Shown here: piece after piece, positions 35,814-44,307 of the stretch
Layout of the letters: each line of letters begins with the position of its first letter
Numbering within the stretch: the stretch's first letter is position 1
Assembly (NCBI GenBank): GCA_943355025.1
Contig: CALRDW010000006.1
Location: 1-58,855, forward strand
DNA: 58,855 nt
Direction of reading: 5' to 3'
Source: Candidatus Magasanikiibacteriota bacterium
GTDB lineage: Bacteria > Patescibacteriota > Patescibacteriia > Magasanikbacterales > 2-02-FULL-50-9b
The notes under the pieces: generated by a model
The model's input: the letters and a program-made list of their open reading frames with translations, nothing else
Databases searched by the model: none
Told to the model about the DNA's origin: nothing
Made by a program: the position numbers and the translations under genes

Positions 35814-35965
35814 AAACCTTCAGTGAACGTGTTTTTGAAATCGTTGCCGCAATCCCGCGCGGACAAACGCGTACATATAATAAACCCCCGCGTGATGCGG
35901 TGGGTTTTAAAATAAAAACGGTCAAATCTTTCTATAAACATCCTTTCGATGCCGCACTGAAATGA
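35810..35965 (+). pseudogene. remnant of an MGMT/ATL-like (methylated-DNA methyltransferase DNA-binding domain) gene
   Basis: (V)KTFSERVFEIVAAIPRGQTRTY matches the family N-terminus. The rest (NKPPRDAVGF...) is degenerate. There is no PCHR active site, and the 3' end overlaps the convergent toxin gene. Confidence 0.45.
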
Positions 35966-36203
35966 TAATAATAATGAGTCGCTGATTTTCCACCAGGTAT
36001 GCAATTCGGTACGGCCACACACGAACTGAGTATACGCCAGCCAAATGACCACTCAGTTTTTTTCCGATAAACGGATCTTCCAAGAGTGCATCAAATTCAT
36101 GATTAATACGTTCGCGAAATGGCGCGGGGATTTTATCGAGCTCTTTTTGTGCGCTTGGTTTTAGAAGCAGTTGATACTTTTTTTGTTTGTGCGACTCCCC
36201 CAT
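35922..36203 (-). CDS. RelE/ParE-family type II toxin
   Basis: 93 aa. KPSAQKELDKIPAPFRERINHEFDALLEDPFIGKKLSG...YRIAYLVENQRLIIIIISVRHRKDVY. Confidence 0.8.
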   Translation of the reverse strand: MGESHKQKKYQLLLKPSAQKELDKIPAPFRERINHEFDALLEDPFIGKKLSGHLAGVYSVRVWPYRIAYLVENQRLIIIIISVRHRKDVYRKI

Positions 36204-36459
36204 ACTGTGTGTATTTTTTATAGTTGCCAGATTTTAAATCGCGCGTGACCTCAGCATATAATTTTACCAATTCTGGAATGTCTTCAAGTGTTTCGCGTGT
36301 TTCAACAAGCGATTCATATTCATCCGCAGACAAAATTACCATGCAGGGACGTCCATTTTCAGTAAGCAAAAAATGTGTGCTTGGCGCCTGCACCATTTTA
36401 GAAATTTCAAAAAAATTTTTGCGCGCCTCTGAAACAGAGAGTGTGTGTTTCATGTTCAT
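36133..36459 (-). CDS. Phd/YefM-family antitoxin
   Basis: MKHTLSVSEARKNFFEISKMV...GRPCMVILSADEYESLVETRETLED. Promoter TTGACA-17-TATTAT lies just upstream. It overlaps the toxin ORF by an unusual 71 nt. Confidence 0.8.
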   Translation of the reverse strand: MNMKHTLSVSEARKNFFEISKMVQAPSTHFLLTENGRPCMVILSADEYESLVETRETLEDIPELVKLYAEVTRDLKSGNYKKYTQYGGVAQTKKVSTASKTKRTKRAR

Positions 36460-36546
36460 ATGCGTACATAATAACGTACACTTAAAATTGTGTCAAACCT
36501 CTTAGAGCCTGTTTACAACAGCAACCAGCTTTGCGCCCCATCAAGT

Positions 36547-36798
36547 AAAAATTTGTTTATCGGACTTACGCTTGTTGAAGATGCACGCTTAAATCCGATT
36601 CCATGGCATCCACCATTTTGTATGAGTGCCACTGCGGTCTCGCGTTTTGATTCGAGCCTACAGCGTATATGCGAATTAAGCAGTGTTGAATTTTTATCTG
36701 TCATGAATATTATTTCAACCGAAGACTTAGATGACAGTGTGCACCCAAACGACGTGGTCATGAAAAATTACATTCGTATATTCGAGATTCCCTTGTGA
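36547..36798 (+). pseudogene. C-terminal half of the interrupted ProX/YbaK-type gene (diverged)
   Basis: Part of ORF 36490..36798. Four anchors occur in family order and spacing: KNLF (KKLSF), PPFCM (SPFGI), SRFDSSL (VVFDKDL), IISTEDLDD (WISFEDLKK). Confidence 0.45.
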
Positions 36799-37022
36799 AA
36801 AATTTTATGGAGCTCGCTGAGTTTCAAAAAATTTCCACCACCGAAGAGACCGTGCGCTTTGGCGCAATTCGAAATGGCCAATAAAAAAAGGGGGGTAAAC
36901 TCTGTGGCGCGGACACCAATGGCTTAAATTACGCATATCTAGGAACCTCATAAAAACTCTGGAAAAATAAAAACCTCCGAGTTACTTTGGAGGTTTGCAT
37001 TCAAAAATCGTTTGGGCCAGTT

Positions 37023-37394
37023 TTATTTACTTGATGGATAAATACAGACAAAGCGGCGCGAGTGCCCGCCATTTTTATCAACAGACCCCACAACCGTCTC
37101 GACAAATCCATGATGCTCACTCAAAACTTCATATGCTGCACGGGAAAGGAAGAGCGCGAGTCGTTGAAAATCTTCATGGGTACGATCTCTTTCGTGAATG
37201 TACACGAATTGAAAAAGTGGCGGCTTGGTTGCTGTTAAAAACCCGATCGGTCTGGAGCCGACCACGACGTGTACCTTTGCTGCATCGGTCAGGTGTTTGA
37301 CCTTTGCGGCTAAGGTTGCTTTAACGAGCGCACGCTGCAACAACCCATGATTGCGCATTTTTGGAGCAAGATTGTGAATTTCAATCAGTGGCAT
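37023..37394 (-). CDS. hypothetical protein (MPLIEI start; possibly tautomerase-like)
   Basis: 123 aa. Pro2 after the initiator Met hints at the 4-OT/tautomerase superfamily. Weak evidence. Confidence 0.4.
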   Translation of the reverse strand: MPLIEIHNLAPKMRNHGLLQRALVKATLAAKVKHLTDAAKVHVVVGSRPIGFLTATKPPLFQFVYIHERDRTHEDFQRLALFLSRAAYEVLSEHHGFVETVVGSVDKNGGHSRRFVCIYPSSK

Positions 37395-37481
37395 CTATAT
37401 CCTCCAACACTAAAAGGTGGCTGAGCCGAGAATAACATGGCACCACCAATTAAATCAAGTCGCTGTTGAACGAATTACGAA

Positions 37482-38579
37482 CTAGCCCCAACATGATTCC
37501 CAGGCAGCCCGATATTGTTCCAAATATGTTTGTTTTGAAATTCCTTCAACGCTCGGCGTTGAGAGCGTGATTCGTTTTTCAATCACGTCGAGCAACGCGG
37601 TTTCAAGTGCCGCCTGGTCACCGACAGGAACAATGAAGCCTGTTTTTTTATTCTCAACAAGCTCCCGTGCAACACCCACATCTGTTGTAACAATTGGTGT
37701 TCCCGCTGCTGCAGCCTCAACAAGTGTGCGGCCATACCCCTCGTAGTTCGATGTGTTCAAAAAAATATCTGCGGCTTTAATATACTGCGCTGGCTCATCG
37801 GTCCAACCAACAACTTCTATAAAATTAAACCCGCGAAGCACACACTCCTCTGGTCCAGATCCAACAACAATCAACGCAACTTCGGGATGCAGTTTATTAA
37901 TTTTTTTTATTGCTTTAACCGCGGCTCCAATATTTTTCTCACGTGTTAGTCGTGAAACGACTACAATAAAAAATGAAAAATCGGGATACAGTGCGCTCAA
38001 ATTAATTGATGTTTCTAAATTTTTTATTTGCCCTACGTCAACCCAAATAGGAAGAATGGTTATTTTTTTCGCATCAACATGATGAAATTTTTGCGCAAGC
38101 ATTTTAGTGCGCAGAAGCTTGCTTACAACACGGACATTATCCGCAAATTGTAAAATATGCGTGGCAATGATGGCGCGTAAAAAATTTTTTATTGATTCAA
38201 AAATAAAAAATTTATTTCGAAAATCTGTATGCAATTGTAATTGCAATTTACAACCAAAAAATTTAGCAACAATCAGTCCAAGCAGACCAATCTCAAATGG
38301 ATCCTGACAAGAAATGAGCGCCTCGCTTCGATTAAACTTTTTATCAGTAATAATTTTTTTTGCGTATTTATATCCGTCGATCAGCGCCCAAAAAATAACC
38401 CGGGAATTCGTCGGGTATACATGTAAATTTCCCTCAACAAACGATCTAAATCCCCCATTCCGACAGAGAACAATCACATGCAGTTCGTCGCACAAACTCG
38501 CATATTCGCGCAGGCGGGCTCGCATATCCGAATGCTCCTCAAACGCTTTTGCATCTGTACCAAATGTAATTACATTCAT
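37482..38579 (-). CDS. GT4/GT-B glycosyltransferase
   Basis: C-terminal EGYGRTLVEAAAAGTPIVTTDVGVARELVENKKTGFIV (E-x7-E type motif). Confidence 0.85.
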   Translation of the reverse strand: MNVITFGTDAKAFEEHSDMRARLREYASLCDELHVIVLCRNGGFRSFVEGNLHVYPTNSRVIFWALIDGYKYAKKIITDKKFNRSEALISCQDPFEIGLLGLIVAKFFGCKLQLQLHTDFRNKFFIFESIKNFLRAIIATHILQFADNVRVVSKLLRTKMLAQKFHHVDAKKITILPIWVDVGQIKNLETSINLSALYPDFSFFIVVVSRLTREKNIGAAVKAIKKINKLHPEVALIVVGSGPEECVLRGFNFIEVVGWTDEPAQYIKAADIFLNTSNYEGYGRTLVEAAAAGTPIVTTDVGVARELVENKKTGFIVPVGDQAALETALLDVIEKRITLSTPSVEGISKQTYLEQYRAAWESCWG

Positions 38580-39583
38580 ATTTTTTGCGGACCACCTAAA
38601 AGTTCGTCAGCAATTTCAGACCATGAATGTGTGTGCGAAAATTCAGAAATTTTTAAACTTTGTGCAGCCCAATTTTCATCATTCGAGAGCCACGTAATTG
38701 CTCCTGCAATTTGTTCTATATTAGTTGGATCAACAAAAATTCCACACTCACCAAAAACATCTACGAAACCAGTTTCTCGAGTGAGGATAAATGGTTTATT
38801 TCGACGTACTGCATCCAAAATAAAATTTGGGCTAATGTCTGTGAGCGACGGAAGAAGCGCTGCGTAGCAGTGCGCGAGTTTATTACAAACTTCTGCATAA
38901 GAAATGTCGTGGACAATCTCAAGAGATATCTCAGGATTATTTTTTTGTGCCACCGCAAACGCAACGCGCAGACACTCAATGTTCTTCATCACGATTGGTC
39001 GTGCGGCAGTTAAAAAAACTTTTTTCGTCGGCAAAAAATTTTCAAGCTTCTCACCGAAATAATTTTCTACGATATAAGTATTTCGCTTATCGAGTCCATA
39101 TGCCCGCTCAAAAATATTTTTCTGATACTGTGTGCTGAACGCAATCGCGGTTGCCGAACGAAGCGTAATTGTAGTTGCTGTAAAAATTAATCTCTCCTTA
39201 AAATTTAATCGATACCGCGGGGAATAAAATTCGGATAAAACTGCGTTCGAGCCTGTTCGATTCAAGTATGCTTCATATAAAAAATCGCCGCCTGTTCGAA
39301 CCACACAATATTTTCCAAAAAACATAGCTGCAATAACAGCAGGAAAACCGACGCTCAGTGTGTCGAGCGCTATCACAGCATCAACCCCCCACATGTGTCG
39401 CAGCACACGAACAAAAAACCACAGATGCCTCAGGCCTGGAGGCAGCAACCGCTCAGCCCGTTCATATGTTAAAATTACAACGTCGTTTCCGCGTCGTCGA
39501 TATTCATCAGACAAATTTTTCGCATATTCCGCAGGCCCACCGACATGTGGTGGATAGATACCTGTTGCTATCATGATACGCAT
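38576..39583 (-). CDS. GT-B fold glycosyltransferase
   Basis: 335 aa. MRIMIATGIYPPHVGGPAEY N-terminus typical of GT4 enzymes. Overlaps the downstream GT gene by 4 nt. Confidence 0.75.
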   Translation of the reverse strand: MRIMIATGIYPPHVGGPAEYAKNLSDEYRRRGNDVVILTYERAERLLPPGLRHLWFFVRVLRHMWGVDAVIALDTLSVGFPAVIAAMFFGKYCVVRTGGDFLYEAYLNRTGSNAVLSEFYSPRYRLNFKERLIFTATTITLRSATAIAFSTQYQKNIFERAYGLDKRNTYIVENYFGEKLENFLPTKKVFLTAARPIVMKNIECLRVAFAVAQKNNPEISLEIVHDISYAEVCNKLAHCYAALLPSLTDISPNFILDAVRRNKPFILTRETGFVDVFGECGIFVDPTNIEQIAGAITWLSNDENWAAQSLKISEFSHTHSWSEIADELLGGPQKI

Positions 39584-39641
39584 ATTGCTAAAATAATAGC
39601 TGAGTTGCCAAGAAAAATCAACCTCTGTTATACTCCCCTAT

Positions 39642-40484
39642 ATGTTAATCGGTGCGCATGTCTCAATTGCTGGCGGTGTAATTAAAGCGCCGGCAAACGC
39701 CCACGCGATAGGTGCGGAGTGTTTTCAAATGTTTACGCGCTCGCCGCAGGGCGGCCCTGCGCCAGAATTGACCGACGAAATCGTCGCGACTTTTGCAGAG
39801 GAATGCAAAAAATACTCTCTCAAAGAATGGGTTGTTCATGCTCCTTATTATATTAACTTAGCTTCAGACAAGTCTTCATTACGCAAAAGCTCTGTGCGTG
39901 TATTAAAGGAAGAGCTTGAGCGCGACTCACGACTCAAAACAAAATACCTGATGTTTCATCCGGGCTCGGCCCGCGCCGTTGGGGCAACCGAGGGTGTGAA
40001 GCTTGTAATTGAGGGTTGCAGAGAAATTTTACATGGTTATGATGGATATACTGAGTTTTTACTTGAAATTTCTGCTGGTGCGGGCAATGTCATGGGAGAC
40101 TCTTTCGAGCAAATTGCAGAAATTTTAGAAGGTGTCGACAGCGACAAATCGCTTAAGCAAAAAATGAACGTCTGTTTCGACACACAGCACGCGTTTGGCT
40201 CTGGATATGATTTGCGCAGCGAAGAAGCGGTGCATGACACATTTAAAAAATTTGATAAACTCATCGGGCTGAAGCGGCTCAAAATGTCGCACTGTAATGA
40301 CTCAAAAATCGAGCTCGGCGGCCATAAAGATCGGCATGAACATATTGGAAAGGGTTTGATTGGTGTCGCTGGTTTTAAAGCGATCATCAATCATCCCAAA
40401 CTTCAACATATTAATTTATATTGTGAAACAGAACATGATTCTGTAATCAATGATATCAAGATTCTCAAAAAAATCCGTGGCTAA
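39642..40484 (+). CDS. nfo: endonuclease IV
   Basis: MLIGAHVSIAGG...FTRSPQGG...HAPYYINLAS...HPGS pattern. The TATACT -10 (39629-34) ends 7 nt before the ATG. Confidence 0.9.
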   Translation: MLIGAHVSIAGGVIKAPANAHAIGAECFQMFTRSPQGGPAPELTDEIVATFAEECKKYSLKEWVVHAPYYINLASDKSSLRKSSVRVLKEELERDSRLKTKYLMFHPGSARAVGATEGVKLVIEGCREILHGYDGYTEFLLEISAGAGNVMGDSFEQIAEILEGVDSDKSLKQKMNVCFDTQHAFGSGYDLRSEEAVHDTFKKFDKLIGLKRLKMSHCNDSKIELGGHKDRHEHIGKGLIGVAGFKAIINHPKLQHINLYCETEHDSVINDIKILKKIRG

Positions 40485-40490
40485 ACAGGT

Positions 40491-41090
40491 ATGAGATTGT
40501 ATTTAGTGCGCCATGGTGAGACAGCACACAACGCTTCAGGGCGAACGCAAGGCAGCCTTAATATTCCGCTGAACGAGACAGGCCGAGAGCAGGCGCATAA
40601 ACTGAGCGAACGACTGCAGGGCGAAAAAATTGATGCGTTTTATTCAAGCACACTCGATCGTGCGTATGAAACCGCACTCATTGTTGCTGCGCCACACCAC
40701 AAAGATGTAACGAAAATGCCCGAGCTGTGTGAGCTTAACTATGGCACCATGGAGGGCATCCTACATAAGGATCTAAACGATTTTCGTGCGCAAAAAACAG
40801 TTGCCTTTGCAGATTTACAGTTTCCTGGCGGCGAGCATTATCAAGATGCGCATGCACGGGCGCGAACATTTCTTTCACATATACGACAGCGCGCCGCCGA
40901 AACTGTTTTGGTTATTTCGCACGGATCATTTATGCGCGTTCTACTTTCTGAAATTATGGGTGAAACTGTTGAAACAATGTACGAACGAATCCCACGTCAA
41001 AAAAATACTGCCGTCACATTGATTGATTTCGACAGCACTGGCAGGCCAAATGTTGTGTTGACAGCAGATGCACAGCATTTAGAGGTATGA
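40491..41090 (+). CDS. histidine phosphatase family protein (PGM/CobC-like)
   Basis: LVRHGETAHN RHG motif and SHGSFMR second His motif. Confidence 0.8.
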   Translation: MRLYLVRHGETAHNASGRTQGSLNIPLNETGREQAHKLSERLQGEKIDAFYSSTLDRAYETALIVAAPHHKDVTKMPELCELNYGTMEGILHKDLNDFRAQKTVAFADLQFPGGEHYQDAHARARTFLSHIRQRAAETVLVISHGSFMRVLLSEIMGETVETMYERIPRQKNTAVTLIDFDSTGRPNVVLTADAQHLEV

Positions 41091-41338
41091 AAATTTCCGT
41101 ACGCGTTTCGCCGCGCGCAAAACAGAATTTAGTTGAGCCACAACTCGATGGCTCCTACCGCGTGCGTGTTACGACCGCTCCGGCTGATGGAAAAGCAACG
41201 GCGGCGGTGATTAAATTGCTCGCGAAATTTTTTAAATGTACGCAATCGGAAATTAAATTAATTTCTGGAGCGACTTCGAGAAATAAAATTTTTCGTTATG
41301 TTGAGTCAACGCTTGATAACAAAACAAAAAGCTTCTAG
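41087..41338 (+). CDS. DUF167 (YggU-like) protein
   Basis: VRVSPRAKQN...VRVTTAPADGKATAAVIKLLAKFF...GATSRNKIF. Confidence 0.75.
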   Translation: MKISVRVSPRAKQNLVEPQLDGSYRVRVTTAPADGKATAAVIKLLAKFFKCTQSEIKLISGATSRNKIFRYVESTLDNKTKSF

Positions 41339-41607
41339 CCTAGGTATTTATTTTTCTCAATCCACCATTTTTTGATTTGTGGAAGCGTGAGAGTAGAAAT
41401 TATAAATCCTATAGTTGGCGTTATCGCATTTACGAATGGTTTTTTAATTTGCATCGCAATGAAAAAAATTGTCACAACCAAATAAGTCAAAACAAATAGT
41501 GCCGCTTTACGCGTCGCGCTTGTTTCCCATGCCTTATCCGCTTCAACGCGCTTGTTACGTTTTTTTATTTCCTCAACTTCTTGTCGCAAATCTTCAATTG
41601 AATTCAT
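41335..41607 (-). CDS. small hypothetical membrane protein
   Basis: 90 aa. Charged N-terminal helix followed by two TM segments. Confidence 0.5.
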   Translation of the reverse strand: MNSIEDLRQEVEEIKKRNKRVEADKAWETSATRKAALFVLTYLVVTIFFIAMQIKKPFVNAITPTIGFIISTLTLPQIKKWWIEKNKYLG

Positions 41608-41609
41608 AA

Positions 41610-41864
41610 TTAAGGATTATTAATTCCCCCTTTTGAAAAGGGGTTGCATCGCAAAATTCTCCACATCGCCCGCACCCACCCGCTGATAAAACCATATTTT
41701 GCAATCGCTTCATAGCCATATTGGCTGCACGAAGGCACAAATTTACAGTAGCCATAAGGAAACAAGCGCCGTAGAGGTCCATGATCGGGCGAAAGCGTGT
41801 GCTGGTAGATTCGAATGAGGGCAAGCGAAAAATTTCTTGGTATATTCCACATGAAACATAACAT
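41610..41864 (-). CDS. yidD: membrane protein insertion efficiency factor YidD
   Basis: IRIYQHTLSP...CKFVPSCSQYGYEAI...RCNPFSKGG. Confidence 0.9.
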   Translation of the reverse strand: MLCFMWNIPRNFSLALIRIYQHTLSPDHGPLRRLFPYGYCKFVPSCSQYGYEAIAKYGFISGWVRAMWRILRCNPFSKGGINNP

Positions 41865-41877
41865 AGGACTGTCAAAA

Positions 41878-42225
41878 CTATTTCAACAAGCGCGCCTTCT
41901 CAAGTAAGCCCTGAAAAAAGGCCCGGCGCCCAACATCCGCAATCTTAAGCGCTGGTGCGCGCAAAACTGCAATAATATCAAAATTAAAAGCGATCCGTTT
42001 TTGCTCAATACCCTGCCTCAACACATCACGCATCTGACGTTTAAGCCGATTTCGATCAACAGCGAGTTTAGAAACACCGGCGCTCACAACAACTGTCATC
42101 CGTGGGTGCCCAAGGGTGTTTGCCAGCATATAAAGCGAACACTCGGGCGAAGAAAATCTCCGCCCGAGTTTTAAAACTCGCTTAATTTCACGGTCTTGAG
42201 TAATTCGAAAGCCCCGCGAGACCAT
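41878..42225 (-). CDS. rnpA: ribonuclease P protein component
   Basis: 115 aa basic protein between rpmH and yidD; VSKLAVDRNRLKRQMR motif. Confidence 0.9.
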   Translation of the reverse strand: MVSRGFRITQDREIKRVLKLGRRFSSPECSLYMLANTLGHPRMTVVVSAGVSKLAVDRNRLKRQMRDVLRQGIEQKRIAFNFDIIAVLRAPALKIADVGRRAFFQGLLEKARLLK

Positions 42226-42230
42226 GTTGT

Positions 42231-42380
42231 TTATTTTTCTGATGAAACCGTAAGTTTCTTACGTCCCTTTGCTCGGCGACGTGCAATAACTTTACGACCA
42301 CTCTTTGAGCTCATGCGAGCACGAAACCCGTGGGTTTTTGCGCGCTTTCGCTTTTTTGGCTGATATGTTCGCTTTGGCAT
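42231..42380 (-). CDS. rpmH: 50S ribosomal protein L34
   Basis: [48 protein letters not shown] 42231..42509 trimmed to this Met. Confidence 0.95.
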   Translation of the reverse strand: MPKRTYQPKKRKRAKTHGFRARMSSKSGRKVIARRRAKGRKKLTVSSEK

Positions 42381-42551
42381 AGCACAATAGTATGAGGAGT
42401 ATAGCTGATTAACAAATTCCTGTCGACCCCCTGTCGTCAAGAGGGAGTTACACACATGTTTTCCACATGTTATACACAAAATTGTGCTAAAAACGCCACT
42501 TATCCACAATTTTTAATCGTGTTATAGTACCACCACTTTTTAATGAACTGT
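42381..42551. promoter_or_regulatory. rpmH-dnaA spacer with DnaA-box cluster (oriC part / dnaA autoregulatory region)
   Basis: TTTTCCACA 42459-67; TTATACACA 42470-78; perfect TTATCCACA 42500-08; TGTTATAGT extended -10 just before dnaA. Confidence 0.6.
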
Positions 42552-44030
42552 ATGTCTCCACAAGAGCTTTGGCGCGCCGTTCTCGGCGAACTCGAAATAT
42601 CGCTCAGCAAAGCAAATTTTAATACTTGGTTTGGACAAACTCGTCTACAAATTATCGAGAATGGTTCTATTACTATTTCAGTACCAAACGCGATCACAAA
42701 ATCTTGGCTTGAAAGCAAGTATCAAAAGCAGATTATCCACTCCATTGAGCGAATAATGGGCCAGCCTGTACAAAAAATAATCTTTCGAATCGAATCTGCA
42801 GCTCGTCCCTCCATTATACCAAACGTAGAAATACCGCACGCGGCAGTGACACAACCCATAATTCCAAACTCAACGCTTCGCCCACCAATGCCGCAGATAA
42901 GCACACAACCAACCCGACCTGACGGCCTTGTCCAACACCATCAACATCCAACAACCGGTCAAACAACGGTTACCGAACGAATCGAAGCAAAAAATCGTTT
43001 TGGCCTCAATCCGCGCTACACATTTGAAACATTCATTGTTGGAAAAACAAATGAGCTCGCACACGCCGCAGCCCAGGCTGTCGCAAATCGGCCCGGCGAA
43101 GTTTACAACCCCCTCTTTGTATATGGAGGTGTGGGGCTTGGCAAAACTCACTTGATCCAAGCTATTGGCAATCGAATTGCAGCAAACAGCCCTGAGGCAC
43201 GCATCCTTTATATATCGTCTGAGCGCTTCACAAATGAATTTGTTTCAGCGATTCGTTCGGGCAGCATCAAACAGTTTAAGGAAACATACCGTACGATTGA
43301 CCTCCTCCTTATAGATGACATTCAGTTCATAGCAGGGAAAACAGAAACACAAGAAGAGTTTTTTCACACATTCAACGAACTACACCAGGCAAACCGACAG
43401 ATTGTCATGACCTCTGATCGGCCACCCAAAGCAATCCCAGGCCTTGAAGACCGTCTGCGTTCGCGTTTTGAGTGGGGTATGATTGCGGATGTCGCGTCGC
43501 CAGACCTTGAGACACGTGTTGCCATTCTTGAAGCAAAGTGTATTGAAAAGAAGTGTCAGCTCAATAAGGATTTACTACAAACAATCGCGACGCTTGTTAA
43601 GAGTAATATCCGCGAACTTGAAGGGGCGCTCAACAAAATTCTAGCGCACCATCAATTAAAAAATGAAACAGTTACGGTTGAATCAGTAAAAGCGCTACTT
43701 TCTGGCTACGAAGAGCAGTCATACCGCAAGTCCCTTACACCAAAAGACCTCACACTTGTGGTCGCGCAATACTTCGACATTAGCATCGATGAGCTTATGA
43801 GCCCTAACCGTGAAAAACGACTCTCCTTCCCGCGGCAGATCATCATGTATCTCCTGCGCGAAGAGCTCAAATGTTCTTTTCCATCGATAGGCCAGGAGCT
43901 TGGGGGTCGCGACCACACGACAGCGATGCACGCATACGAAAAAATTACTCGCGAGCTTGAAAATGATATGAAGCTCAAGCAGGACATCGCTGCCATCCGA
44001 CAGCGGTTATACACAATCACACAGGGATAA
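42552..44030 (+). CDS. dnaA: chromosomal replication initiator DnaA
   Basis: MSPQELW start, Walker A GGVGLGKTHL, LLIDDIQF, C-terminal GGRDHTTAMHAYEKI. Confidence 0.97.
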   Translation: MSPQELWRAVLGELEISLSKANFNTWFGQTRLQIIENGSITISVPNAITKSWLESKYQKQIIHSIERIMGQPVQKIIFRIESAARPSIIPNVEIPHAAVTQPIIPNSTLRPPMPQISTQPTRPDGLVQHHQHPTTGQTTVTERIEAKNRFGLNPRYTFETFIVGKTNELAHAAAQAVANRPGEVYNPLFVYGGVGLGKTHLIQAIGNRIAANSPEARILYISSERFTNEFVSAIRSGSIKQFKETYRTIDLLLIDDIQFIAGKTETQEEFFHTFNELHQANRQIVMTSDRPPKAIPGLEDRLRSRFEWGMIADVASPDLETRVAILEAKCIEKKCQLNKDLLQTIATLVKSNIRELEGALNKILAHHQLKNETVTVESVKALLSGYEEQSYRKSLTPKDLTLVVAQYFDISIDELMSPNREKRLSFPRQIIMYLLREELKCSFPSIGQELGGRDHTTAMHAYEKITRELENDMKLKQDIAAIRQRLYTITQG

Positions 44031-44307
44031 GTTCTTTATAACATGCGTATAAGTTGCGCGTAACCTGCTGGCAACCCAGTGGATTACGCAGTGTATAAGT
44101 GCAGACCTATGCACACACAACCCACAGTGGACCAAAACAGGTGGAGCTGTCCACAATTCGTACGGACTTTAAACACAGCTGTCGTACACCTGTGGATTAC
44201 CTGTATAACCGCGCCACTCAGCGACAAAAAAAGGCTTATACACTTTTCCACCGTGCCTACTACTATTACTATAAATACATATACAAAAAGGATTTAAAAA
44301 TACGGAT
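44031..44307. other. dnaA-dnaN spacer: candidate oriC segment with degenerate DnaA boxes and an AT-rich tract
   Basis: TGTGGATTA 44191-99 (1 mismatch). AGTGGATTA 44078-86, CTGTCCACA 44147-55, TTATACACT 44236-44 and TTTTCCACC 44244-52 (2 mismatches each). AT-rich 44258-44307. Confidence 0.5.

Noticed and set aside
36513-36761. 82-aa minus-strand ORF between the TA cassette and the 37023 gene.
   Set aside because: The opposite-strand frame shows ordered similarity to the C-terminal half of ProX/YbaK proteins. The minus ORF has no start context.
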